DNA from: Podarcis vaucheri | Taxonomy: Eukaryota | DNA: 64,000 bases | Assembly: GCA_965113315.1 (NCBI GenBank) | Contig: OZ220372.1 | Direction: 5' to 3' (one strand) | Part shown: positions 1 through 12,700 of the stretch, in pieces | How positions within the stretch are numbered: the stretch's first letter is position 1 | Layout of the letters: every line of letters begins with the position of its first letter | Program-made: the position numbers and the translations under genes | Notes under the pieces: model-generated | Database searches by the model: none | Seen by the model: only the letters and a program-made list of their open reading frames with translations | Told to the model about the DNA's origin: nothing

Positions 1-1831
1 GAAGAAGCACCACCTCCAGTTGTTGAATCTAAAAGAATGAAACTTATTCACAATTATACATAAACACATGGAGAACGATAAACAGCACATACCAGTTATT
101 TGCATTATTCTGAATTTTAAAGTATTTACAAGCCATCATTTATACTTTAAAGTATGACATTCACAATCACAAAATCTAACTGAGATGACTTTTTAAAAGA
201 ATTTAACAAATTCATGGCCTAAATGGCACCTGGATGTTCAGATGCAGTATGGCTTTGAATTCCAATCGATAGGGACAGACAATGGGAAGGCTTCAGCCTT
301 CAGGCCTGCTTATAGGCTTTCCAGAGGCATGGAGCTAGTCCAATGCTGAACTAGATGGACCTTGGCTTGATCAAGAAGGGCTACTTTTATGTTCTTAACA
401 ATGTCACATTTAGTTTTGTATGCATTATGTGCCATACTCAGTAAGGAAGAGTACCATATCAGGCCAAACAAAATACCTCCTAGTCCTGCAAATTGATAAC
501 TGGGCCATCATCAATTGTACCAATTAACTTTCAAGGTTAGCTTGTGAGAGATGTGCAAATTAGATTAAAAAACAAACAAAATAAAAGTACTAGTTTAGAG
601 TTCCCCAAAGATAACATCTTTTGCAGATAAAAATAATAATCCTTGAAACATTTACATTTTCAGTTACCCTTTAAACACACTGAGGATCTGTTCACTTGGT
701 ACCTTCTGGGGAGAAATTTCAGCCCATCTCAAGTCTTGAGCATGCAAGCCTCTCTCCAGGTAAAAGGGCAATGAAAAACCAGGTTTACCATACATATCTG
801 AAAGCAGTACAATAACTGCCTTCTAGAACCAATATCCATCTCATCCAGCTTTCTGTGTCTGAAGAATTAGCTAGTTATCTCTGGGAAGCAAAGGGCAAAC
901 ATGTTGCTCTTTCCTTGTTTATTCCTAGTATCCAATATTTAAGGTGGAAGAGTGCATCTTATTATTTTAAAAGCCATGTGCATTTCTGAAAAAACTGCTT
1001 CTGCTTCGGGGCCGTTTGTGATTTATATGACTAAACAACCTAATGGTTGACACAGTCGCACCACATTTATTTCGCAGCATTCATGAATATTTGATATGCT
1101 TGGTAAAAATACGGAAGATATATTTATATAATTCATTATTTTAGACTTTCTATTATTATTTTTTTATCTTGTAATTTTATTCTTCCTGTTTTTATGACTG
1201 TTTTTAAGTACAGATAGGATCAACCTTCAGAATCAGCATCTTGCTGCAATCTGCACTTTGGAACTTTCTTCTTTATTAGTGCCACTTACTTTTAAGGAAA
1301 GGGCTAGTGCTGTGATGTTTTTATTGTATGTGATCTTTAATGTGTATATATTTTAATTTTACTAATGCTTTTTAAACAAACTATTATAATAAGATATTTA
1401 AGGCAGACTGTGAACATGTTTTTCTTTTTCTTTTTGCTATCATGGCTACCACCTGTTGAGACCTGAACGCCATGAACCTAGCATCTTGTAGTTGTGAATT
1501 CCATGCTAATTAATTGCATGTTCTATTTTGAAGTACCTCCTTTTGTCAGACCTAAATGTTCTGGTAACCAATTTTAATCAGGAGAAACAAACTTCTATTA
1601 TAATTAAAGAAAAATTACTTTATACATATTTGTCACCGTTCATCGTTTTGTAAAAAATTGTAACACTTGCCTTCATTAGACTCCAAATTCATTAGACTAT
1701 CCACATATAAGGAAGGTGCCCAGAGTTTAAGGATTTTAATTTCCCTTTTTCTATTCCTACAACATCACTTTTTAAGATGGGCTACCTCCCTATCTACACA
1801 ATCAAAAACTGTCTTGAAACAATTCAGGAGG

Positions 1832-2120
1832 ATGTTGTTGTTGTTGTTGGCACCCGGCTGTCTCAACAGACAATGGAGTGTGCCTCTGGGGGTTATCAGC
1901 ACTGAAGCAACCTCCCCGGGGCGCAAGCCTGGGCAGTGTGTATGGAGGTCCTGGGCTGCCCAGACAACAATACCCTCCACCCTCAGCCTTGCTGATGTGG
2001 TCTAAAGGAAAGCAGCTTGGCTGCAGGAGTTGCCAGGAGGCTTACCATCCAACAGTCTTAGGAACTCCACTCTGGATTTGTGTAGGGTTTACTCCTTAGC
2101 CTTATCTTGAAGATATTCGG
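1832..2120 (-). mobile_element. Degenerate retroposon fragment with (CAA)n tail, possibly RTE-related
   Basis: (GTT)n run at ~1833-1849 followed by a GC-richer body. Family assignment uncertain. Confidence 0.4.
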
Positions 2121-2192
2121 CAAGAAAATAGAGGTTTAGGGTCACATAACGTCAAACTCAAAGCCAAAGGGAAATAACAAAAGCTTTCCTAC

Positions 2193-2540
2193 CTGTTGCA
2201 GTCCCACTGTCACATGGCAGCAGCACTCCTGTTGTTACTAGTTGTGCGTTGTTTGGATTTACTCCAGGAGCTGGAGAAGGAGGTGGCCCTACTCCACTCC
2301 CAAGGAGCATACAAGATGGCGGAGGGGGCTGCCCNNNNNNNNNNNNNNNNNNNNNNNNNNNNNNNNNNNNNNNNNNNNNNNNNNNNNNNNNNNNNNNNNN
2401 NNNNNNNNNNNNNNNNNNNNNNNNNNNNNNNNNNNNNNNNNNNNNNNNNNNNNNNNNNNNNNNNNNNNNNNNNNNNNNNNNNNNNNNNNNNNNNNNNNNN
2501 NNNNNNNNNNNNNNTAAACTTGGTTTCGTCGCTTCGGGCA
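2193..2540 (-). CDS. TNRC6B: TNRC6B coding exon (VPEATKPSL-[60 codons of N][47 protein letters not shown])
   Basis: Matches recalled human TNRC6B VPEVTKPSL...[31 protein letters not shown]. Acceptor ttgttgtag|TG at 2540 and donor CAG|gtagga at 2193; phase 1 to phase 1. Confidence 0.95.
2335..2514. other. Run of 180 N (gap or masking)
   Basis: Seen directly. Confidence 0.99.
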
Positions 2541-2777
2541 CTACAACAAAACATGTAAATTGGTGTTCTGAATTGTTTTGCAAGCTGAACAATATGAAAA
2601 GCTATATTTAAAATTATTTATGAAAAAACATTTTTAGTATTAAAATATACTTCATGCCCTGATTCTATGAAGCTAATATGGGTAGAAGAACTTTGTTTTA
2701 AGAAAGAAGTGGAAAATGATCTGCTCAAAGACCAATAAAACTTATTGTAAATTTTAGAAAAATTAAAAGTCTTTTAC

Positions 2778-2799
2778 CTTTGGTTTTTTGATCTGTGAC
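2778..2799 (-). CDS. TNRC6B: TNRC6B 22-nt microexon (VTDQKTK)
   Basis: ttcacttacag|GTCACAGATCAAAAAACCAAAG|gtaaaa. Human has VTEQKTK; the phases join the flanking exons correctly. Confidence 0.93.
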
Positions 2800-3182
2800 C
2801 TGTAAGTGAAATGAGAAGAATAAATAAAAATAGCCTTATTAACCTTAACTAAGTTAAGCCTGTGTTAAAGGTAAGCCTGTGTTATGTTTAGGCATATTTG
2901 TATATGCCTAAACGTAACCTGTTTAGGCATATACAAATATTAAAATGGTCAAACAACTTGTCGTTTTCAGTATTTATACATTTTGTTTAGCAAAAGATTC
3001 TTCCTCCTTTTCAAATATCTAGGCATTTCTTTCATTTTGCAAGTAAGCAGATAAAAGAAAACTGATACTAATGTATGTACTAGACCCAGATAACAGGAAT
3101 ATTTGACACAAGATAGGCAAGAAAATTTACTTTGTCTAACAACTGAAGTGTTTGCTCAACAGGACTGTAAGAAATAGCTAAG

Positions 3183-3540
3183 GGTAAAGGTAAAGGACCC
3201 CTGGATGGTTAAGTCCAGTCAATGGAAACTATGGAGTGCAGCGCTCATCTCACTTCAGGCCGAGGAAGCGGGTGTTTGTCCACAGACAGCTTTCCGGGTC
3301 ATGTGGCCATCATTACTAAACCGCTTTTGGCGCGACGGAAGCCAGGGCACACGGAAACGCCATTTACCTCCTTCCACAGCGGTACCTATTTATCTACTTG
3401 CACTGGTGTGTTTTCAAACTGATAGGTTGGCAGAAGCTGGAACAAAGCTCACCCCAACAAGCGGATTCAAAGAGCCGACTTCCCAATTGGCAAGTCCAAG
3501 AGACTCAGTGGTTTAGATCACAGCGCCACCCACCTCCCCC
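3183..3540 (-). mobile_element. Sauria SINE, near full length
   Basis: (AAAGGT)n tail at left, typical body (ctatttatctacttgcac), and 5' head cacagcgccacc at right. Confidence 0.88.
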
Positions 3541-6500
3541 ATTCTAAGAAACAGAGCATCTTAAAGCACAAGCCTATTTTCTTCCCAGTAATAGATTATC
3601 TGAACCACTGCTTTAACAAATTTCAAGTAAGTAAACATGAGCAAGGATACAGATTCTTATACAAGGCAACATAACACCTGAAGGGGCTACCTCAATGCAG
3701 CATATACGCCACGGCTTTCCAACACTGAATGGTCACAAGTGAAAAAACATTGGAATTCTAGCACTATTAGATTTCCAACAACTCAACAAATGTTGCAGGG
3801 ACAAACTGTGCTGAAAGTCTCACTAGGGTAAACACAATGCCACTAAAAGCTTTTCAGTACGTCAAACCAATGTGAATAAAATGCTTAGAAAACAAGACTC
3901 TGAATACAATTATTCAAGATTTCTATGACTAGGAAGTTTCCTTAAACTCTGTGTTATTATAAACTTTAAACCTTTTGGTAAAGAACACTTTACACAACAA
4001 AGTAAAAAAAAAAATGTTGAGTTTTAACTATCTCTTCTTAAAATAATTGTGGTTGGTGCAGTGTTGCAGTATAGTACAATGCGAGTTTATTGTTTGCACC
4101 AACCTAGCCAAATCTCTCTTGTAAAATAAACACACATGCAAACAGTGGTGGAGCTTCATGCTCCGGCATCGGGGGTGGAGAGCAGGTGGGGGGGTGGTTG
4201 GTGCACGTCCCGGGAGGTGTGGTGTGCCGCCTGCGGGGGCGTGGTGCCCAGCATGTGTATGCGGGGGGGGGGGAGCTGCGATGGCACCCCACCAGGATCC
4301 GTCTGCCAGGGCAGTGCGATCCCCCCGCACCTCTCTTCCCCCACCAGTGCATGCAAAACACCTCTTTTCTCATGTCCATCAATCCAACTGAGAAAAACAC
4401 AGTATAATTCACCTTATTATTTGATACAGGACTGCCCACAAACAACTCTGCCTGATTTATGTTAGTAATGGGGTTTTAAAAAGTCAGCAAAAGATCACGG
4501 CTATAGGACCCTGTTTTTTAACGAGTGCTTCCTGTTTATTTACCATTCAAGAAGCAGGCCCTAAAAGGCTGCAAGCAGACATGAGCTCCAAATCCAGAAA
4601 TAAAAACCCTTTGAGAGGCCAATTTGAGCACAAGTATTGAAGAGAACACACAGGTTCCAGTCATCGCTCCTCAAATAGCTCAAGACAAAGGCTCCTCCCC
4701 TCTGGTGAGTTAAGCAGGATGCTTTAAGATGCTCCCTGGAGGAGAAACAATCCTGATCTCCCCAGACTGGCCCTGTCTCACAAGTGAACAATCGTGGTTC
4801 TCCTGAGCTCACAAAGCGCTCAGTTTTGGCAGATGCATAAATCTGTATTTTATTTTTGCTTTTATTTTATTTATTTTTACTGGAAACCCATTCACATCTT
4901 TATGCTGCCCCAACTCCAACCCACCAACTGTGTTTGCTTAACGGGAAAGTGGGGGTGGGAAGGCCTCAGTCAAGACAGGGCATAAGGGACCAAGCAGTCA
5001 AGAGAAAAACTCAGTAACATCAGGAAAGCGACAAGAGCGGTAGGAAGAAATTGTGCAGCAGTAACTGGTGTGTGCCTGCCCTAGACGCTGGCACATTGTT
5101 GTTGTTGTTTTAATTTAACAGAGTCACAGGAGAGTGGTTGGGGCAGTGTGTGCCAATCCAACTGAGAAGCCAACACATTTCCCTCTCCAATAGTGGGAGA
5201 AATTGTCCAAAAGAGGATGCAGGCAAGCAGCACCCTCCCTGCACTTTCCTACCCAAGGCAGGAGGGACTGCAAGCTCACATTACGATGGCTGTAAGGGCA
5301 TCTACTCACTCAGGAGGGAGGACTTCAGAAGAGAGGGAGACCCCAGACAAGAGTAGGCAGGCAAACGCTGCTAACCCTGATCCTGTGGCCATGTTCTTAC
5401 CAGGGGAGTATGATTTGTTCAGATTCTTAACCTGGGTTGGGGGCATAGTGGCTCAGGAGGCACAAGGGGCAAGGGCCCTCCCCCCCCCTACTGAGTTAAG
5501 ACTCTCACTACTGTCCTGTCCGTCCCCCCGTCAATTCCACGGGGTCTTGGTTTAAAAGGAGGGTGGGAGACTAAGGGGGGACATGACTGTCATTCATAAA
5601 ATTATTAACTAGACAGTGAAAAATGGAAAGAATGTCATCTTTCTTATAACACTAATTTTGGGCGGTTACTTACCACTGACTGGGAATAGATTATGGGCAG
5701 ACAATAAGAAGGGCTTTACACAAAGTACAGGTTACATGGAATTCACTGTCATAATACGTAGAGATGGCCAGTGGCTTAGATGTCTTTATGCATTTGTCTA
5801 ATCCCTTTCTAGAGGAAAATTATATGGAAGCTATCAGTCATGACCCTGAAAATCAGTTTTTTGGGGGCGGTGTGAAGGAGGGAAGCCTGTATTTAAGTTG
5901 ATCAAATGGTGTAGTGTGTACTGTTAAGGAATACTGTTATAAAATACTGTTAAGAACTGTTGAGGAAAGGTGGTGAGAAGGGGTGTTTTGAAGCTGTTTG
6001 ATTATTATTTAAAAATAAAGATAAGCAAAGATATTGTGGAAAAGCTTTTATTCCATCGCCCCAGTAGCTGCGCAAACTTGGTTGGTGAAGAAGATCCAAC
6101 ATAAAGAATCAAGATGCCATTTCCCAAGGCTGACAACAGAATCAGTACCTGTATCCTCTGTGTTGTATTTTCATAGGATTGGGAGTAGGGCTGGGAGGAA
6201 TGATCCAGTACCACCAAGACACTCAGGAAAGTGACTCACTAAGTTACTGAAAAGTTTCTATTACTTCTATGACTTAAGGTGCCTTTGACAGCTGCCATAA
6301 TGGAAGCTCTGGTTCCGATCTGTTATCTCTGAAGACTTAAGGTACCACGCGATAAATACGCAATAATGGTATGAAGCTTCTATAGCCCATTTTCAACACT
6401 GCATACATGGAGTACTGTACCTATGGACCAGCAAGCTAACATCTGTAAAGAGCCACAGTATAAAGCACTGATGTAGAAGGCCAGTGAGCAGCAAAAAAGA

Positions 6501-7009
6501 TGGTTTGTTATTACACTATAATGGGAATACCCTGCCCCGCCTGTGCCTCCAGGTGACAGTGCTTAGAAATCACCTCCTGTCTCTGCAGTCATCTCAAAGA
6601 GAATGGGTTGGTGCTAAATCGATGTTCTGTCTCTCCTGGCTCATCAAGAAGATCTAGATCAAAAAGATGGGTGGTTTTTCAGGCAGTATTGAATATTCCT
6701 GCCTACGTCAAACTTCACATTTAATAGGTCTAAGGAATTAAGAGCTAGTTTTTTGTACAGTAAACCAGAAAGAGCAACATAAAAAGATGTAAAAATGCTG
6801 TCAATTTTTACTTTAAAGGTCTTTGCTCATCAGAACTTAAGAGTCCCTGTTCAAATATACATCATTAGCCATAACAAATCTTTATGAGTGCTTTTCTAAG
6901 GCTGAAGATTCTATTGTTCTGACATATCAGGTCCTGGGGAAGTAGACCAACAAGAGGAGGAAAAGCCTCAACAATTTTTAGATGCTGCTGCTTGAAGAGA
7001 TACATCATC

Positions 7010-7340
7010 TAAGGCCCATTTTTTGTGGGCCCCTCCAGAAGAGGTCTGGAGGGTAGCAACACAAGAATGGGTCTATTCTAGGGTGGCTTCCCATTTGTGG
7101 AATATGTTCCCCAAGGAAACTCCCCTGGTACCTTCATTACAAATCTTTAGGCGCCAGGTGGAAATGTTTCTCTAAAACCAGCCCTCTGGCTGATTAAATA
7201 TTCTATGGCCTTTTAAATGTGTCTTTGGAATTATTGGTTTGTTTGGTTTTTATGTATTTTGTGTTCTCATTTTGCATTTTTATGTTATGAAGCACCCTGT
7301 GATCTTCAGATAAAGGACCGTATACTATACAAATTTAAAC
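7010..7340 (+). mobile_element. L2-like LINE 3' fragment, degenerate
   Basis: Similar in layout to the younger copy at 57764-58120. Confidence 0.55.
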
Positions 7341-7594
7341 AGTAATAGTAATAATACAGCATGGGGGAGTGACGAGATTGTTCAAATCACCACTCATCCA
7401 TGAAATTCACTAAATTATGTTGGGCCAGCCTAACTTACCCCACAGGGTTAATGTAAGGATAAAATTAAGGCGGGGCGGCAGAGTGTGCCTTGAGCTTCCT
7501 GGAAGAAAGTGCCCTAGAATCTTTCCGAAACTGCTTATGCAAAGTTAGCTTCCATCACGCTAACCTTTTATAGTTATTTGAGACTGTTAACTAG

Positions 7595-8830
7595 TATATA
7601 GATAGAGGTGATCCAGCTGACATTATGAACTTTGACTTTCAAAAGGCTTTTGACAAAGTACTTCACAAATACTTTCAGGTACGTTTAGCAATCATGAACA
7701 AGAAGCAAGGTCCTCTTATGGATCAGCAACTGACAAGAAACATGAAGCAGAAAGATGGAAATGTGGAAAATTGAGTCCTCCAAGAATAAGTACTGAAACA
7801 TGTGTTATTTAACTTGATCATAGTCTACAGCTAGGGACAAGCAGTGAGGTAATCATTTTTGCTGGTAATACTAAATTGTTGAAGGTGATTAAAACAAAAA
7901 GGATTGTGAAGATCTCCAAAAGTTATGGCCAAACTGGGTGAATGGGCAGTAAAATGGCAAATACGTTCCAATGTAAGCAAGTGTAAAGTGATGCATATTG
8001 GGGCAAAAAAAATATGAATTTCACCTGTATGTTCATGCAGTGTTGGTGACTGATCAGAAACAAGACCTATGGGTCATAATGAAGAATTCGATAAAGAAGC
8101 TAATTCTGTGTGTGTCAGCTGTAAAAATGGTTAATTCTATGCTAGGAATCATCAGAAAAGTGGTTGAAAACAAAAGTGCCAATATAATAATATCTATAGT
8201 GTGACTGCATTTCGAATACAGTGGTACCTCGGGTTATGAACTTAATTCATTCCGGAGGTCCATTCTTAACCCAAAACCATTCTTAACCTGACGTGTGCTT
8301 TCGCTAATGGGGCCTCCTGCTGCTGCCGACGACGCGCGATTTCCGTTCTCATCCTGGGGCAAAATTCTCAATCCAAAGTACTTACTTCCAGGTTAGCGGA
8401 GTTTATAACCCAAAGTGTTTGAAACCTGAAGCATTTGTAACCCGAGGTACCACTGTACTGTGTACCATTCTGGGTCATTTTACCTCAAAAGGGTATTATA
8501 GAGTTGGAAATGGTTCAGGAAAGGGCACCTCTACTATAAAGAAAGGTGACAGCATTTTGGGTTTTTTTGTTTAAAGGTATATAAAATTATACATGGTGCA
8601 GAGAAAGTATAGGGGGAAAAGCTCTCTCTCTCTCATAACACTAGAACTTGTGAACATCCATTGGAGTCAAATGCTGGAAGACTTGGAACAAAAATAAAAC
8701 AGCACTTGTTCACAAGTGCATAGTTAAGCCATGGAATCTGCTCCCATAGGAGGCAGTGATGATCACCAACTTGGATGGCTTTAAAAAGAGGATTAGATAA
8801 ATTCCTGGAGGACACAGCTATAAAAAGCTT
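7595..8830 (+). mobile_element. CR1 LINE ORF2 3' fragment, decayed and interrupted by a MITE
   Basis: Remnants of DFQKAFDKV, KWQIRSNVSKCKVMHIG and LEYCVQFW-like motifs; 3' atggctttaaaagaggattagataaattc. Confidence 0.85.
8219..8455. mobile_element. Tc1/mariner-type MITE, family A
   Basis: TIR CAGTGGTACCTCGGGTTA / TAACCCGAGGTACCACTG with TA target-site duplication (TSD); nested in CR1. Confidence 0.9.
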
Positions 8831-9662
8831 CTAGCCAAGATGACCATTATGTTCTGTCTCTACTGCTGGTGGCAGCAAACCTCTGACTACCAGTTTTGGG
8901 CAGCATAAGGGGGGGGGGGAGAGAGAATGTCACTGGACCCACAGGCATTGACTTGTCCACTGTGAGAAAAGGATGCTGGTCTATATGGACCACTAGTCTG
9001 ATCCAGAAGGCTCTTCCTATGTTCTTAAATGTGGGGTACAAGTGTAAAAATTAAAATAATCCCCCCCCAACATGAGCTGTAGACAAAACACTGTTTCTGC
9101 ATGTGCTTTAATGAAGGCAATGTATGAGTCAATAATCCCAGGACCTCAGCCACAGGAGTTTGGGAACCACTCCAAGCAGTTTCAATTCATGTGCTCAAGT
9201 AAGAAAGCTAAGAGAAGCACAAAGGGTCTCGCACTTACAGATGTAAAATACATCCTGGGAACACCTCTTGGATCCATAAATAGATTTCTTTAAAGCAATC
9301 TTATAATTTGCTACTCACCTGCATGTCTGAGAAAGCAGCAATCGTTGCCAGACAAGCACCCAAGTTATAAACGACACAGAGGAAACCAGCTGCTTTTACA
9401 GCTCGATGAACACTGATGTATGTTTAATATGGCATGGCTGAGATGACTGCATGCAAACCTCAAGATAAATCCTCTTCTAGCTTTAAAGGAAAAGGATTCT
9501 AACTAGAAAATACATTAGATGAGCTGAGATGTACATGCAGCATTGCTGGGGTGGGTGAGTGAGAATATAGTAGTTGCAGTAATCATAGTGCCTGATGCTC
9601 ACTGGTCAACTATTATAAATGGATGACCTTACAAAGTATGATCAAACAAATACCTGGCTTAC

Positions 9663-9750
9663 CTTCTGAGTAGATTCCTTCTTTTTCTTATCCTCTTTCT
9701 TTTTTCTCTTGTCTTCCATTAACTGTTCTTCCTTTTCTTGCTCCTTCTCT
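9663..9750 (-). CDS. TNRC6B: TNRC6B 88-nt coding exon ([29 protein letters not shown])
   Basis: ttttaacag|AGAGAAG...CAGAAG|gtaagc. Near-identical to recalled human [29 protein letters not shown]. Confidence 0.95.
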
Positions 9751-12700
9751 CTGTTAAAAGTTTAAAATCAAAAAGTTATTCCTAAATATATGCTTTATAC
9801 AAAAAAAGCCAAATCCTCTGCAATAGCAAAGAGATGCTGGCTACCTCTATACTGTGTAAAACACCATATAATACCTAACTTCAAGAGTCAGCCCTCCCAT
9901 ATAAATCAACCAGAAGCCTGTCACTGGAGGGTATGGAGGGTAGCAAAAAGAGAAAGGCTCCGCATTTGTGGGAAATTCTCCCCAGGGAAACACACCTCAC
10001 ACCAACAATGTCTGCTTTCCTGCTCACTCAGGCTTTTGGTCTTTGAGCATAGTGTAGCATGATTTATATCCACGATGTTCTTCTTTCAGTGGGGTGGGGT
10101 AGGATATGTCATTTTTATTCTTGTTAAATAAAAAACTTTATAAATTTTTGTTCTATTGTATTTTATTCTATATATTTGGTTTTAAATTACTGACAAAGCT
10201 ATTCAGCATTTTATATATTTGTAAGTTGCTTACAGACATTTTGTAGACTGCATTAAATGAATGCAATAAAAAATCCTGATCATCAATTGCAGGCTGTCCG
10301 CTTTGGGTCTAAAGTCAAAGCATGATCCAATTTTTGAGTTAGATTCCCACACAAATTATTTAATATACCAGCATAAATCCAAAAAACTGTAAGCAAACTG
10401 GAAGGAGAATTTGCAGAACTTCAGATTTCCTTTAAGCTTACACCTCACCATTACTGATAGTCAAAATACAAATTGATCTTTAAACTTAACAGTTGGTTTA
10501 CCTCTTTGCTCAGGCAAAAATTCAAAGGAAAATTCCATATGCATGGTTCTCCACCATGTACACACATACCATCCTTTGGCTGTTAATGCTCTCATAGTAA
10601 TAATGATCCAAGATCATTCCCAGAAACTGGTACTGAGAAGCTACTATTCTACCTCATGACTTTGATATGCAGAATGCCAGGTGCCCATCATGTCCCCCGC
10701 ACTGCTCTTAATGGAAACTGGAAATCCATGTGTTTTCCTTTGGCCTAATGGCCACAGGGCACACAAATGGCTTGCAATATACATGCATGCAGAGTCATCA
10801 GTCTTCCCACCTTCTGTTTTTTCTAACTGTTTTTCTGCATACCCAGATTGTTTTATGGGCATGCAGAAACTACCCACTTCTCTCTGAAAAGGCCTATTTC
10901 ATTGCCATACTAGTCAGCACTGGGCCATTCACTTCACTATCAGATGACTCATTCGCACAGGCAAACAGACTACTGATGCTGCAGGTACACTTAGTGATGA
11001 ATATGACTGTGTGAACCAACACCTAAAATGGAGCTAAAAGATCCTTGTGCATTTCTACTCCATTCTCCCTCCTGTGTTTACTGTGCAAAAACTGAATAAC
11101 TTCATTTCACTTTTAACCAACAGTAGCTACATAACCAAATTTCCAGATACACTGGTACAACTAAGGCATTAGACCTAAGTAAACAAATAAAACAAATATT
11201 CAACTAGCAACATGTGAAAGAAGAACTGCCTCCAATAAGATAATAAACTGTGGAATAAACTGTTTATTGCTTAATTCCCATGATTAATTCCTATAATACA
11301 AGTCATTATGTGCATTTTGCTACGATCAACACTTTAGATGAGCAAGGAAGAAGTCTAAAGTCTGAATGTAAGGTTTATGAGCTGAATCCATGTTGACAAT
11401 TTCTCATGTTACATAAGCACAAGGTAATGTTATGCCATTTCATAGTGCAATATGGTAAAGACCAAATATGTATAGATTTGAGAGAAACTATAATGGATTG
11501 AAAAATAACCTCCACAAAATAAACAATGTTTCAGCATTAACAACAGCAAAATTGTATACTGTAATGGTTTAAAGATAAGATTTTATATAAAGAGTTAATT
11601 ACTAAGCCTTTTTAAAAAAGGCAACCACTATAAGTCCTCCAGAGCCAGGAACTACTTAACTTGTGTCTCTCTTGTCAGTCAGTTCTCCACATAGTCTTCA
11701 CTTATCTCACCTACTGTTGAAGAACATCAACATTATGGAGGGCCAGGATTTATAACTTTAATGTTTCGCACAGGGTTTTTCCTTGGAATTCCTCAACGTC
11801 TAAAAAGCTCCCTAACTGCCCCTTTGGGATCTATGTATTACAGCAGGGGCCCTAAAATATAATGGCAAACAAATACTTTTAAAATAGGTCATCTCCCTTT
11901 ATACTTCCCTAGTTCTTTGTGTTGCAGGGTAAAGAGAGATAGACATGAAATGAACACTACTCTGCGGCTAAAAATTCCCTAAGGTTATGAGAGTTCTGAG
12001 ATTTGAGAAGCAATCTGAGATGTAACAGAGAGTGTACAAAGGGAAAATTAAGATCCTTCAGAGCTATGTTTAAATCAGGACTGCCAACTAATTTAAAACA
12101 ATCACTCTAAGAGGCAGAGATTTGTTCACCAACAAGCAATGCTTGTTGTTTCTTGGCAGAAATCCGAAGTAGCATCACAGCAAGGAGTCTGCCTTCTTTA
12201 TATAGTGTATCTAGAACAACTGATATGGCACTCTTAGTAAAACACCATGCATTTAAAAGCAGTTAACTAATGCAACAATGCTGTCTTTGTTTACTCAAAT
12301 GGCTTGAACATCCATGCTTAGGATAAATATAGATGTTTAAGGGAATGGATATTCACTGTTAAGAGGTGTATGTATGAAAAAAAATTGTTTCTATAAGATT
12401 AAAATAACCATAATTTGAGCAATAAATGATCTGTGAATGTTATAATTCATTTTAAAAAGTAGGACCTGGCAAGTCAGAATCATGTAAGGTCTTCAATAGA
12501 TAATGCAACTTTCTGAATTCTTCAGTAACTTCTTTCCTAACCATAAGACTGTTCCTAACCAAAGTACTGTGTGAACATATAATCAGAAATTTCTTAATCT
12601 AAAATCAATTCCAGACAATATTAAAATTGACTTTTGAGGACTTGTGGAATTTTAAAAATAAACTTTAATTAAAGAACATGCTCCACATTATCCTCTGGTG

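Noticed and set aside
4080-5900. GC-richer patches that may be transposon or LTR remnants
   Set aside because: I could not define ends, TSDs or a family by eye; needs a repeat library search.
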